Shown here one piece after another: positions 1-9,903 of a stretch of DNA of 64,000 bases. A program made the translations under genes and the position numbers. This stretch comes from Candidatus Omnitrophota bacterium. Its GTDB lineage: Bacteria > Omnitrophota > Gorgyraeia > Duberdicusellales > 4484-171. The stretch's first letter is position 1. The number at the start of each line of letters is the position of its first letter. A model generated the notes under the pieces. It was not told where the DNA came from. It saw only the letters and a program-made list of their open reading frames with translations, and made no database searches. The stretch is taken from positions 68,575 to 132,574 of the forward strand of contig JBAWWL010000009.1 in the NCBI GenBank assembly GCA_037146775.1. Direction: 5' to 3'.

Positions 1-1711
1 TTACTAAAATCACCCGGCCGCTGCCTAATATCGTCGCTCCGGCAATATTTTTAATCTTACCTAAAGGGTCTCCTATACTTTTTGTAATAATTTCCTGCCG
101 GCCAAGCAATTGATCGACCATAAGCCCGATTTTTTTCTCGGCAGATTGCACAATGACTACCGGAAAGAACTTTTTTTCAATAATACCTTTTCTCGGCAGA
201 CCAAAAATATCATTAAGCCTCACTAGCGGAAGTATCGCGCCTCGGACGCTTATGGCTTCCTTGGTTTCCACGGTTCTTATGTCTTCAGAGCTTATCCTTA
301 TGGTTTCTACTACCGCGTCAACCGCGATAGCAAAGATATCGCTTCCTACTGCAACCAACAAACTTTCGGTAATGGCCAATGTCAGCGGCAACCTGACGAT
401 AAAACGTGCTCCTTGGCCGGGTGAAGAATTTACTTCTACGCGCCCTTTTAGCCTGGCAACTGTTTCTCTAACGATATCTAAGCCCACCCCGCGACCGGAA
501 ACATCAGAAACTTCCGCTTTAGTGCTTAAGCCTGGTGCAAAAAGCAATTGGAAAACTTGCTCATCAGACAATTCATTAATTCGCCCCTCGGGTACTAAAC
601 CTTTTTTTACCGCTTCTTCTTTGACTCTGGTTATATCCACACCGTTACCATCGTCAATTACCGAAATCATTATCTGCGATCCTTCCTGGCTGGCAGAAAG
701 AATAATCTTCCCCATTCTTGGCTTACCTTTAGATTCCCGCTCTAATACCGGTTCTATGCCGTGATCGACAGCGTTACGTAATAAGTGCGTAAGCGGGTCT
801 TTTATCTGGTCTAGGAGCGCTTTGTCAAGCTGGGTTTCTTCTCCCGTAATCTGAAAATCTATTTCTTTTTTACGTTCATAAGCTAAATCACGCATAGCGC
901 GCGGGAAAGTATTAAAAAGGGTTGCCACAGGAAGCATGCGCACTTTCATCATCTCAGCCTGCAAATTAGCGGTTAACAGATCAATGGTTTTATCAACTCT
1001 TTCTAAATCTTTAGTTAAAATATTTATTGATTCAGGGAAATTTTTTTGTTCCTCTACCTTCGATACTAAGTTTTTTACTAATTCTTGTAAACGGATCTTA
1101 GAAATAAGCAGTTCGCCGGAAAGATTTCCCAGCTTATCCAGCTTATCAATATCAACCCGAACGCTTTCTTCACTTGGCCGGCTCTCGGTAACAGTATGGG
1201 TGTTGGCAACCGGTGACGACGAGGCAGAAGATGGTTCTTGCTGTTTAAAAACTGTTGGCTTAAGCACAGGAGTGGAAGATGGTGTCTGGGCCTGCGTGGT
1301 TCCCTGCGCCGGAACTTTATCCGGGAAAATAGCCTCAATTTTCTGACAGAGCTCATCGACAAATGGCCGTTCTATACCCTTATCCTGCCAAGTCACCTTA
1401 TCTTCCAAAAGCGACTCAATAGCATCCAAAGACCGCAAGAGAACATCAAACTGTTCCCTTTTTAGCAATATACCGTGTTTCAGCGCTTGCTCCAGACCAT
1501 CTTCCATTCTGTGGCCAATATCTGAGATTCGCTTATATCCCATCATCATGGAAGCGCCTTTGATGGAGTGCGCTTCGCGCATCAGGTCTTCTAAAAGCGC
1601 TTTGTCATGCGGTGATTTTTCTAATTTGATCAACCCAAGATTCAGACGCTGGAGCCGCTCACGCACTTCCGCCTTGAATTTTTCAAGAAGTTTAGTTTTA
1701 TCAAAAGGCAT
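1..1711 (-). CDS. cheA: Chemotaxis histidine kinase CheA (3' end runs off the window)
   Basis: Not in the ORF track; read by hand from ATG at 1711: MPFDKTKLLEKFKAEVRERL...LMREAHSIKGAS (Hpt), then HLLRNAVDHGIE, DDGNG, SGRGVG (HATPase) and a CheW-like domain; frame open to position 1. Confidence 0.93.
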   Translation of the reverse strand, partial: MPFDKTKLLEKFKAEVRERLQRLNLGLIKLEKSPHDKALLEDLMREAHSIKGASMMMGYKRISDIGHRMEDGLEQALKHGILLKREQFDVLLRSLDAIESLLEDKVTWQDKGIERPFVDELCQKIEAIFPDKVPAQGTTQAQTPSSTPVLKPTVFKQQEPSSASSSPVANTHTVTESRPSEESVRVDIDKLDKLGNLSGELLISKIRLQELVKNLVSKVEEQKNFPESINILTKDLERVDKTIDLLTANLQAEMMKVRMLPVATLFNTFPRAMRDLAYERKKEIDFQITGEETQLDKALLDQIKDPLTHLLRNAVDHGIEPVLERESKGKPRMGKIILSASQEGSQIMISVIDDGNGVDITRVKEEAVKKGLVPEGRINELSDEQVFQLLFAPGLSTKAEVSDVSGRGVGLDIVRETVARLKGRVEVNSSPGQGARFIVRLPLTLAITESLLVAVGSDIFAIAVDAVVETIRISSEDIRTVETKEAISVRGAILPLVRLNDIFGLPRKGIIEKKFFPVVIVQSAEKKIGLMVDQLLGRQEIITKSIGDPLGKIKNIAGATILGSGRVILV

Positions 1712-1728
1712 TTTTTCCTTATGCGAAA

Positions 1729-3606
1729 CTATACTAATTTAAACTTACTGGAAATTTCTTTAAGCTCGTGCGCCATTTCGTTTAATTGCTTTACGGCAGC
1801 CTGTGATTGCTGCGCGCCTGCAGCGATCTGCTTCATGGCTTCGTCAATATTAGCCATGGCATCAGCGATCTGTTTGGAACCGGAAATCTGTTGCGTAGTA
1901 GCCATGGCTATTTCCTTGGCTTTTTCCGCGGTCTCCTGCGCGAGCCTTGTTTCTTCCTCCACGCTAACAACACTGGTTTCCATGGACATTACTGAATTAG
2001 ACATTTCATGCTGGATAATTTCAATCAAACCGGTGATATCTTTTGTAGACTTGGCGGTTGAATCCGCGAGTTTACGGATTTCATCGGCAACTACCGTAAA
2101 ACCCCTGCCTTGTTCACCGGCGCGTGCTGCCTCGATAGAGGCGTTCACCGCTAAAAGATTGGTCTGATCCGCTACATCATCGATTACTTCGGTAATTTTA
2201 CCGATCTGTTGGGACTTTTCGCCTAAAGAAGTAATCATCTGGCCGGTTTTTCCGATCGCCTCTTTAATTTTAACCATACCGCTCACCGCATGCATAGCAG
2301 CCTGTGCTACGCGCTTAATACTTTCACCAACCTGCTCGGAAGTTGCAGAAAGCTCTTTAGCTGCCGAGGTTGTTTCAGCAACAGCGGAAGACTGCTCCCG
2401 TGCGCCCGCAGCCTGTTGTTGGCTAGCGGCAAGAATTTCTTGGCCGGCCGAGGTAATTTTATTCACTGCCTCTTGCGCTTTGCCTAAAACCGTTTTAAGA
2501 TTCTTAAGCATGTCATTGAAAGACTGCGCAAGTAATTCAATTTCGTCATTAGTTTTAATGGAAATATTTTTGGTGAGATCTCCGCGTCCAACATCTTCCG
2601 AGAATACTGATAATTGCTTAATTGGCCCTGCGATACTCATGGCTATCCTTAACGCAAAAAAGGTAATACATGCCGCAGTTATTATCGTAATGAGAAAAAT
2701 AATTTTTCCTAGCTGGCTGGTTTCTGCAAACGCCTCTCTTACATCAATCTCAGTAAGGATAAGCCAACCTAAATTAAACTCTTTGCCTAGCTTACCGGAC
2801 ACAGAAACGCCAAGTACAGGCTGGTTACGATAATCCGGATAAATTCCGGACGTATTTTTCTTTTGGTCTAAAAATAAGCGTACTGGCTGGGTATCGATTT
2901 TTTCTTTTAAAAATTCATTATTATTGCTCCTCAATTCTGTGATAACATATCCGTTCTTATTAACAATATAGGCCTCACCGCTACTGCCCAGTCCTGTGCG
3001 CTCAATCATAATTTCATTAATCCTTTTCATTTCATAGCGGAGCACAATAATGCCAAGCAATTCACCGGTGAGTTTATTTTTTAGCGGTCCGGAAAAAGCA
3101 ATAGTTGGCTTGCCGCTTGAAGCCATATACGCATCCTTTATGTGAATATCGTTTTTTCCATTGATAAAATAGTCATCTTGAGATTTATCCACGCCAACCA
3201 TGTCTTTTTCTGTAGATACAATGATTTTTCCTTGAGGATTTAATATATATATAGAGTAAATTTGCGAGTCAACAGGCATCTTGTCTTCGGTAAGATATTT
3301 GGTAAGCTCTTGCGTCAATAAGGTTGAGTCAGCGCTTTTCGAGCTGATTTTTTCCATAGATTCCAAAATAAACCTGTCTTTGCAAAAAGAATCAGTCCGC
3401 CGTTCTTTTTCGTGTAGATAAGAAACCATGTTCTCCTCTCTACCATGACCGATGGCCCCAAAATCATTCAGCACCTGCTTCTTTATGGCGTCCCGGCCTA
3501 GGCTAAAACTAAAGTATCCGACTATAGCAATCGGAACCAGCGAAACAACCAAGAATGAAAAAAGTAATTTAAACTTTAAACTTCCTAAAAAAATATTACG
3601 CATCAC
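1729..3606 (-). CDS. Methyl-accepting chemotaxis protein (TM-dCache-TM-HAMP-MA)
   Basis: Signalling hairpin [34 protein letters not shown]; two TM helices; HAMP. Confidence 0.95.
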   Translation of the reverse strand: MMRNIFLGSLKFKLLFSFLVVSLVPIAIVGYFSFSLGRDAIKKQVLNDFGAIGHGREENMVSYLHEKERRTDSFCKDRFILESMEKISSKSADSTLLTQELTKYLTEDKMPVDSQIYSIYILNPQGKIIVSTEKDMVGVDKSQDDYFINGKNDIHIKDAYMASSGKPTIAFSGPLKNKLTGELLGIIVLRYEMKRINEIMIERTGLGSSGEAYIVNKNGYVITELRSNNNEFLKEKIDTQPVRLFLDQKKNTSGIYPDYRNQPVLGVSVSGKLGKEFNLGWLILTEIDVREAFAETSQLGKIIFLITIITAACITFFALRIAMSIAGPIKQLSVFSEDVGRGDLTKNISIKTNDEIELLAQSFNDMLKNLKTVLGKAQEAVNKITSAGQEILAASQQQAAGAREQSSAVAETTSAAKELSATSEQVGESIKRVAQAAMHAVSGMVKIKEAIGKTGQMITSLGEKSQQIGKITEVIDDVADQTNLLAVNASIEAARAGEQGRGFTVVADEIRKLADSTAKSTKDITGLIEIIQHEMSNSVMSMETSVVSVEEETRLAQETAEKAKEIAMATTQQISGSKQIADAMANIDEAMKQIAAGAQQSQAAVKQLNEMAHELKEISSKFKLV

Positions 3607-4124
3607 TAACCTCCTGTCTTCCGTAACGCTTCCACCTCTTCTGAATGTAAAACTTTTTCTAAATCCAACAAAATTAAAATTCTATTCTCAAGCTGCACAT
3701 GACCTTTCGTATATGCTAACACCTTTTCGGGCAATGTTGCTAACGGCGCTTGGATTAATTTTTCATCAATATCAATAGTATCTTCAACTTTATCTACCAA
3801 TATCCCGGTCAAAGACCCGCTAATATCAGTAACTATTACCCTGGATTGCTCATTCCTCTCTCGTTGCTCAAGGCTGAAAAAATAGCGCAAGTCAATAAGT
3901 GCAATAATTTCACCGCGTAAATTGATTACTCCGGTAATAAACGGCACACGGTTAGGAATTCTGGTAATTTCAGGCAAAGCAAGCACTTCTTTTGCCTGTT
4001 TTATTTCTATACAATAATATTCTGCGCCTAAAGCAAACACCAGCACACGCACCATATTCTTTTTTTCTGCTGCTACTTCCAGGTCTTCTACTTCGATAAT
4101 AATTTTTTCTTTGTCCTGAGCCAT
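3606..4124 (-). CDS. cheW: CheW coupling protein
   Basis: [27 protein letters not shown]; GILVDKV. Confidence 0.93.
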   Translation of the reverse strand: MAQDKEKIIIEVEDLEVAAEKKNMVRVLVFALGAEYYCIEIKQAKEVLALPEITRIPNRVPFITGVINLRGEIIALIDLRYFFSLEQRERNEQSRVIVTDISGSLTGILVDKVEDTIDIDEKLIQAPLATLPEKVLAYTKGHVQLENRILILLDLEKVLHSEEVEALRKTGG

Positions 4125-4130
4125 ATCTTC

Positions 4131-4601
4131 CTATTTAGATGATTTTTTCCTCACCTCAATACTTTCCTGTACTTTTTGTATGCTTTTAGCCGCATCGTGG
4201 CTTAAAAGCTTTAATATGTCGACGATAAGAATTAAACGCTTTTCTCTTCTCGCTACTCCCAATAAATAATCCGCCCCCTTGAGCATATCATCGGGCATGG
4301 TAATCGCCTCTTGCGTTATATTAAGCACCCCGGAAACATTATCTACGATCACGCCCGCCATATGTTCGTTAAACTGCGTTATAATAATCCGGTTAGTTTT
4401 CTGAAGCTTTTGCTTCGCAAGGCCTAATTTCACCCGCAGATTAATCAAGGTTATGATTTTTCCGCGCAGGCTCACTACACCCTCTACAAAATCTGCTACG
4501 TCTGGTATGGAAATAACCGGCCGCATCCGAATTACTTCCCGCACCTGTATAATATCTGCTCCATATTCCTTATCGCCGACAGAAAAAACAACTATTTTCA
4601 T
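4131..4601 (-). CDS. cheW: CheW coupling protein (second copy)
   Basis: VREVIR...IPDVADFVEGVVSLRGKIITLINL; GVIVDNV. Confidence 0.92.
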   Translation of the reverse strand: MKIVVFSVGDKEYGADIIQVREVIRMRPVISIPDVADFVEGVVSLRGKIITLINLRVKLGLAKQKLQKTNRIIITQFNEHMAGVIVDNVSGVLNITQEAITMPDDMLKGADYLLGVARREKRLILIVDILKLLSHDAAKSIQKVQESIEVRKKSSK

Positions 4602-4654
4602 TCTTGTATCCTAATCAAAAGTATACTTATCATTTTTTACTATCCTCTATTCTC

Positions 4655-4700
4655 CCCACTATATACTACATACTATGTACCATGTACTTTGTATTATGCA
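4655..4700. repeat. Degenerate TACTATR heptamer array
   Basis: actat atactaca tactatg taccatg tactttg tattatg. Confidence 0.6.
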
Positions 4701-6248
4701 TTATTCCATTTTAAGCCGTTCAATATTATCCCGGCATATGTTCGCTAACGTCGCCACGCTAAATCCTCCGCTATAAGCAATTATAGCGTCGAGAGAATAC
4801 TTTGACAATCCTTTTAGCGTATTTCTGTACTCGCGTATCGCCTCCTGTAAACTATCTTCTGTTCTATAAAGGTTCGCTAAATAAAAATGAGCTAAGGAAA
4901 AATCCTTATCCAGGTATAGAGCTTTACGAAAACTTTCTTTTGCCTTATCCGGCTCTTCCTCTTCGATATACACACAGCCAAAGAGATAGTGTGCCGCCGC
5001 GAATAAAGGGTTCAACCGTAACGCAGACATAAGCATTCCTTTTGCCGCGGTAAAGTTACCCTGATTTATATAAATTTCTGCCGCCAGATAATACGGCTCT
5101 AGCGTATTTTGATACAGGCGGATAGCTTCTTCGGCTAAAGCAAGCGCTTGGGTGTATTTTTTTAAATGCGTATATTTAATAATGTCGGTAATGAGCTCCT
5201 CCGCATTGCCGGGGGTAATCTGTTTTCCAGAAATAATACCTAATTCTACCTTTGCCTCACAGCGGGAAAGCTCTTCAATAATTTCTTCAAGATCAACCTT
5301 CTCGGCCGGATGCTCGATAGTCAAAGTAACTGGGCTTACCGAGGCTGTTTCTTTACGGTAATAAATCGCCTCATCCCAACTCACCATCGTAAATTTATCG
5401 CGCATAAAATGCAGGTTTTCGGAATAACCGATAAACAAGTAACCGCCGTCAAAAAGACTGGAATGAAATTTGTACATAGTATTAACGATGGTCTCAAATT
5501 CAAAGTAAATAACCACGTTACGGCAAAAAATAATATCAAAGCCTTGGGGAAATTCATCCTCGATCAGGTTATGGAAAACAAAATGCACCATTTCTTTGAT
5601 GTCGTTTTTAACAGCATAAGACTTGCTGTGACCGGAAGTATCCAGGTCAAAATACCTTTCCAGGCATTGTTTTGGCACCAACTTCACCGCGTTAGCGTTA
5701 AAAACTCCTTTTTGCGCCCGATCAAGCGATTCAGTGGCAGCATCGGTGGCAAGAATATGAATATCCCAGTTCTCGATATCAGGAATGATATCTCTGACTA
5801 CCATAGCAATCGAGTAAGGTTCTTCACCGCTTGAACAACCAGCACTCCAGATACGCAGGGTAGGCTTCCTGGCTAAGAGGTCAGTGGTTACGTTTTGAGA
5901 ATTATCTGTGCTTTCAAAAACCGGTGGCCGATTACCAAATTGAGTTAATTTGCGCTGGATAATTTCCGGTAGAACCTTCTCCCGTAAAGCCTTAAACTGA
6001 GATTCATTTCTAAAAAAATAAGTATGATTGACCGTTAACGCATTCAGGAGCTGCCGAAATTCCTCTTCTCTTTCCGGCGATGAAGTCAGGTAGGTATAAT
6101 ACGTAAAAACAGAATCAAGGCCACGCACGGCCATTCTTTTAGCAATAACATCTTGGAGGTTTTTTATTTCGTGATCGCGGAAATAAAGGCCGCTGCGGTT
6201 AGTAATAAAGTTTTTAAGTTTGAGGTTTAACTCTTCCGAAAAAAACAT
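4701..6248 (-). CDS. cheR: CheR methyltransferase with C-terminal TPR repeats
   Basis: TVNHTYFFRN, RIWSAGCSSGEEPYSIAM, FDIIFCRNVVIYF, followed by TPR-like helices. Confidence 0.93.
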   Translation of the reverse strand: MFFSEELNLKLKNFITNRSGLYFRDHEIKNLQDVIAKRMAVRGLDSVFTYYTYLTSSPEREEEFRQLLNALTVNHTYFFRNESQFKALREKVLPEIIQRKLTQFGNRPPVFESTDNSQNVTTDLLARKPTLRIWSAGCSSGEEPYSIAMVVRDIIPDIENWDIHILATDAATESLDRAQKGVFNANAVKLVPKQCLERYFDLDTSGHSKSYAVKNDIKEMVHFVFHNLIEDEFPQGFDIIFCRNVVIYFEFETIVNTMYKFHSSLFDGGYLFIGYSENLHFMRDKFTMVSWDEAIYYRKETASVSPVTLTIEHPAEKVDLEEIIEELSRCEAKVELGIISGKQITPGNAEELITDIIKYTHLKKYTQALALAEEAIRLYQNTLEPYYLAAEIYINQGNFTAAKGMLMSALRLNPLFAAAHYLFGCVYIEEEEPDKAKESFRKALYLDKDFSLAHFYLANLYRTEDSLQEAIREYRNTLKGLSKYSLDAIIAYSGGFSVATLANICRDNIERLKME

Positions 6249-6420
6249 AAGGCGTTACTACCACCAGTAACAGGCAACCTCTCTTTTTACAAAATGAAGC
6301 GTTCTATTGGTTATGGAAAATTCCTTGGTTGTTATTTTACGGACTTTTTTTGTTCTCTATCTATAAAAGTTGATCGTGACGAGATCTCGCCACCTTTGGC
6401 GGCAGACCAGAAAGGTTCAC

Positions 6421-6765
6421 CTAAAAATTCATAAGGACTGACAACATCTTGCAAATCTCGTCCAATCTTTCTTTAAATACTTTAGCGTCCTCTTCTTTGA
6501 TTAACTTCTTACGCTTACATAATTCCAATATCGGAATACACTCGAATGCTGAACCGCGGGCAATTCGAAAAAAGTTAACCCTGTCCGCTTTATGATATTT
6601 ACCATTCCCTTCCGCAATATTAGTCGCTATAGACAACGAGGCACGATTTAACTGATCTGATAAATAATAGTTGCCCTTTGGAAATGTTTCGGCAAGAGTA
6701 CTGAGCTCATCGGCTATTGCGATGGCCTTTTTGCAAACTTCAAGATTTTCGAACAGAAAGGGCAT
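6421..6765 (-). CDS. Four-helix-bundle protein (23S rRNA IVP / bAvd-like family)
   Basis: FENLEV...FPKGNYYLSDQLNRASLSIATNIAEG...FFRIARGSAFEC. Confidence 0.9.
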   Translation of the reverse strand: MPFLFENLEVCKKAIAIADELSTLAETFPKGNYYLSDQLNRASLSIATNIAEGNGKYHKADRVNFFRIARGSAFECIPILELCKRKKLIKEEDAKVFKERLDEICKMLSVLMNF

Positions 6766-6778
6766 CTACGCCATCCTT

Positions 6779-6857
6779 AGAACAATAGAGCAATAGAAAA
6801 TAGACCGCAATGGAACACTAGCTCTATTGTTCTATTATCTATTGTTCAATTGCTCTG
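6779..6857. repeat. Inverted degenerate CAATAGA/TCTATTG heptamer array upstream of the four-helix-bundle gene
   Basis: aacaatagagcaatagaaaataga...gctctattgttctattatctattgttcaattg. Confidence 0.75.
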
Positions 6858-6934
6858 TTTTTTCTGCCGCAGGTAGAAAAAAAGGACCCGTCTGCATCCA
6901 ATTCGAACCGCATCCGAAGTAAAAGCAGAAATTA

Positions 6935-7669
6935 TCATATCACATCTCCGACTAAAGCAAGAGCCTGCAATTTTTCGCGCACAAGGTCCCGTAGGGCCGC
7001 ATAATCAGCAGCCTTATACTTAGTTGTATCGATAGGCGACAACACCACCAACCTACCGGATACTTGTGTCTTAAAGATCCAGCCACCCTTCGGGATAGCT
7101 TCTCTAGTGCCGCCGATAAATATAGGAAGAAGTGGCCTGCCCTCTTTTATGGCAAGCTTGAAGGCGCCATTTTGGAATTCGCTCATCTCGTCTGTGCCGC
7201 TACGCGTACCTTCGGGAAAAAATAACATCGACACACCACGCCTAAGCCAGCCGGCCGCCTGACGATAGACGGACTTTATGCTTCCAAACTCACCTCTGGA
7301 AAGCAGAACGTGATTATTGACCCAAAGCAGCCCACCTATAAAAGGCAGTTTGAGAAGACTCTTCTTCGCCACCCACTTGAAGTACATGTGGGTCTTGTAT
7401 ATTACTATAATATCGGCTAAGCTTTGATGATTAGCTACTATCACATATGTCTGAGCATGATCAATATTCTCCAGCCCCTCTATCTTAAGCTTCCAATACG
7501 AATTTAAAGCAACTAAAGAATCCGCCCACCAAAAGCACTGAGCATGAACCATCTTGTCCCGGATAGAAAACGGAACAAGCAGGATCTTCAGGAATAAGCT
7601 AGCCAAAAATGCGGCCATGGTTATTACAGCGCTTACAATCCATATAAATATAGATTTTAAGATTCTCAT
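6935..7669 (-). CDS. plsC: 1-acyl-sn-glycerol-3-phosphate acyltransferase (PlsC family)
   Basis: NHQSLAD and FPEGTRS motifs; start moved to ATG 7669, which follows GAGGA. Confidence 0.88.
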   Translation of the reverse strand: MRILKSIFIWIVSAVITMAAFLASLFLKILLVPFSIRDKMVHAQCFWWADSLVALNSYWKLKIEGLENIDHAQTYVIVANHQSLADIIVIYKTHMYFKWVAKKSLLKLPFIGGLLWVNNHVLLSRGEFGSIKSVYRQAAGWLRRGVSMLFFPEGTRSGTDEMSEFQNGAFKLAIKEGRPLLPIFIGGTREAIPKGGWIFKTQVSGRLVVLSPIDTTKYKAADYAALRDLVREKLQALALVGDVI

Positions 7670-7960
7670 TTGTATCCTCGGAATTTCCCTTATCGCTAAA
7701 TTATTCGGAGAGTGAACGATTTGTCCCGCACAAAAATTTCTTAATGGCGGACCCGTGTGCAAGCGAACCCTATTCTTCGACTCGCTCCGCTCGTTCAGGA
7801 CTTCGCAGCCTATTAAAATACCACTACTTATAAAAATTCATCGCAAACGCGGTATGGGTTGGCTCATCGCCCTAGACGAACCCATTTTCACCAAACATAC
7901 AAAATCCAAAAAACCGCCGGACTCAGTGCCCTACTACGACTACGTTATTTAGCAACATAC

Positions 7961-8449
7961 CTATTCAGGAAATTTGTCAAAATGTATGAAACTGCACGAT
8001 CCCGTATAAATAGACGATTGTGTGATTAAGGCATTGTCACCGCTTTTTGTTACGGTCATAATAAATTTCTGCTGCCCCTCTTTGTCAATATACAGGGTAT
8101 ACACTTCAATCGTCTCCGCAGGATACAGCACAAAAATAGTAGCCTCGTTTTTCCCTTTATTTAAAACCATAACCTCTGCACCCTGTGAACGAGCAGATTT
8201 TATGCTTTTTGATGCATCAATAAATCGCACATCTAATTTTCCATCAGTTACAACTACCTCAAATATGCCATTTGTTATATTGCCGTCTTGCCAACCAGCA
8301 TCCTTTTTGTTAAGCACGAGTTTCTCATACGCAAAATACGACTTGCCCTTAGGGTTTTCGCCGTGAGCAATTATGTATTCGTCTGCAAATACAGGTTTAG
8401 TAAGGATTAATACAAAAATGAATAATCCTGCATAGATAATTTTTTTCAT
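7961..8449 (-). CDS. Hypothetical exported protein
   Basis: Signal peptide MKKIIYAGLFIFVLILTKPVFA after an AGGAG RBS; no family recognised. Confidence 0.7.
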   Translation of the reverse strand: MKKIIYAGLFIFVLILTKPVFADEYIIAHGENPKGKSYFAYEKLVLNKKDAGWQDGNITNGIFEVVVTDGKLDVRFIDASKSIKSARSQGAEVMVLNKGKNEATIFVLYPAETIEVYTLYIDKEGQQKFIMTVTKSGDNALITQSSIYTGSCSFIHFDKFPE

Positions 8450-8586
8450 GTCACGCTCCTTTCGAAACAAAGTGCACAGAGAACAGGATGACCTTCTACA
8501 ACCTCTAGGGTTCGCGTCCACAATTAGTGTGGACAATCTTTACTACCCTCCTCGTCGGAAGGGTTCACCTAAAAACTGGCGGCATT

Positions 8587-8850
8587 TTACTCCGCGGATT
8601 CCACTTTAGGCAACAATCGCTTCTTTAAAAAAGCAAAACCCGAACCAGACTTCAAATACCGCTCTAAATCTTCAGCCGTTTTCTTGTCCCTTAAAACGAT
8701 ATGCGTTTCCAGCTCCCAAGGACTATATCGCTTGCTGTATGTTGAAGTATCAGCGTTGTGAGATTCTAATCGTTTTTCAAAATCGGTCGTCAGGCCGATG
8801 TAAAGACGGTCAGGCTGGTTAACGCTTCTAAGGATGTAAACTGTATACAT
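8587..8850 (-). CDS. Stand-alone GIY-YIG nuclease
   Basis: MYTVYILRS...LYIGLTTDFEKRLESHN...ERYLKSGSG; real start 8850 (the longer ORF overlaps the tRNA). Confidence 0.9.
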   Translation of the reverse strand: MYTVYILRSVNQPDRLYIGLTTDFEKRLESHNADTSTYSKRYSPWELETHIVLRDKKTAEDLERYLKSGSGFAFLKKRLLPKVESAE

Positions 8851-8910
8851 AACGTTTATCGCCCTGCTTCGCCCTTCGACATATAAAATCCCAGTGGGGC
8901 TTCGCAGCGG

Positions 8911-8999
8911 CGTTCTTCTTCGCCACCAATAGAAGAATTTCAGTTGCTTCGAAGCCGCCCGCACCATAGTTTTACATAATTGAGCGGCGAAGAAGAACG
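8911..8999. repeat. 14-bp perfect inverted repeat between tRNA-Ser and the GIY-YIG gene
   Basis: CGTTCTTCTTCGCC (8911-8924) / GGCGAAGAAGAACG (8986-8999). Confidence 0.75.
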
Positions 9000-9084
9000 G
9001 AGAGGCAGGGATTCGAACCCTGGGACCCTTTCGGGTCACACGCTTTCCAAGCGTGCGCACTAAACCGGGCTATGCGACCTCTCC
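8998..9084 (-). tRNA. tRNA-Ser(GGA)
   Basis: GGAGAGG acceptor stem, anticodon arm CACGC-TTGGAAA-GCGTG, long variable arm, GGTTCGAATCC; no encoded CCA. Confidence 0.97.
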
Positions 9085-9102
9085 GTATATTGTCAAAACT
9101 TT

Positions 9103-9131
9103 CAAAGAAAACACGCGCCTGGGGTGAGTTG
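9103..9131 (-). repeat. 29-bp direct-repeat copy of the tRNA-Arg 3' end plus trailer (att-like)
   Basis: CAAAGAAAACACGCGCCTGGGGTGAGTTG is identical at 9103-9131 and 9232-9260. Confidence 0.9.
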
Positions 9132-9242
9132 TATGTACTCTTTGACGAAGTCAAAGTTTTGAGCCTTAAGTACATCCAACGTTACTCCCAATCAGGCTGC
9201 AATTATACATTTCCACGAATATTTCAAATAACAAAGAAAACA

Positions 9243-9316
9243 CGCGCCTGGGGTGAGTTGAACACCCAACCATCTGATCCGAAGTCAGATGCTCTATCCA
9301 ATTGAGCCACAGGCGC
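9243..9316 (-). tRNA. tRNA-Arg(TCG)
   Basis: GCGCCTG acceptor stem, anticodon arm TCTGA-CTTCGGA-TCAGA, T arm GGGTG-TTCAACT-CACCC. Confidence 0.96.
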
Positions 9317-9320
9317 ACAA

Positions 9321-9605
9321 TTAGTACATAGTCGTTAGTCGATAGTATATAGCAAGAAAAGTTAAATATTAAAAATTAAATATTAAAAATCAAAATGGCA
9401 ATGCAAAACTCAAAAAAATGTAAATTCTGGTGCTTCATTTTGATATTTACATTTTAATTTTTTATTTTAAAACGTTACCGACAGACATAAGACGATACGA
9501 GCTTCGCCCGCTTCGCCGAGCGAATCGAGGCGAGTCACCGTCTGACGACCCCCGTCTTACTACATACTCACGACTATGTACTATGTACGACATGCTATGC
9601 ACTAT
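9321..9605. repeat. Nested inverted repeat block (TACTATR outer arms, AAAATTA inner arms, GC hairpin)
   Basis: Outer arms 9321-9352 / 9558-9605; inner arms about 9362-9470; GC element 9497-9541. Confidence 0.7.
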
Positions 9606-9901
9606 AAATCCAACAGTTTCCTGGCTTCACGCTTGCCGATTACTTTTTTTAAGTCTTCAAAATCTATAAAAGTTAAGTGCGGCAGCTCTTCTTTTAATTT
9701 ACGAATATAACCACCCTCGACATGCCTCCTGAATCCCATATATTTGAATTGAACTGAACAATTCGGGCAGGTCACACTCTTTGAATCTATACCGATTTTA
9801 TGGCAGGAAAAACATTCTGCGGAAAGCTCACCCACTACGATCAAGTGTTTTTCTATGTCCTGGATATCCAATCCTTGCCACACTCTCAAAAAGCCAAGCA
9901 T
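9602..9901 (-). CDS. Small hypothetical protein with two CxxC pairs (zinc-binding)
   Basis: CFSC...CPNC; directly follows the LOG gene. Confidence 0.7.
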   Translation of the reverse strand: MLGFLRVWQGLDIQDIEKHLIVVGELSAECFSCHKIGIDSKSVTCPNCSVQFKYMGFRRHVEGGYIRKLKEELPHLTFIDFEDLKKVIGKREARKLLDL

Positions 9902-9903
9902 CG

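Noticed and set aside
153-1742. Plus-strand ORFs over cheA, and similar antisense ORFs throughout the window
   Set aside because: Shadow frames of well-supported minus-strand genes.
6421-6765. Diversity-generating retroelement suggested by the Avd-like fold
   Set aside because: No reverse transcriptase and no TR/VR pair differing at adenines was seen.
6250-6930. c-di-GMP riboswitch upstream of the chemosensory operon
   Set aside because: Hairpins are present, but the class I/II consensus elements could not be matched by eye; an Infernal search would settle it.
7755-7952. 65-aa plus-strand ORF
   Set aside because: No RBS or recognisable family; overlaps a REP-like hairpin sequence.
6400-8900. 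Integron cassette array
   Set aside because: No integrase, and no convincing RYYYAAC...GTTRRRY attC structures.
8851-9175. N-terminal extension of the GIY-YIG ORF and ORFs 8972-9175 / 9072-9305
   Set aside because: They translate through tRNA genes and are artefacts.
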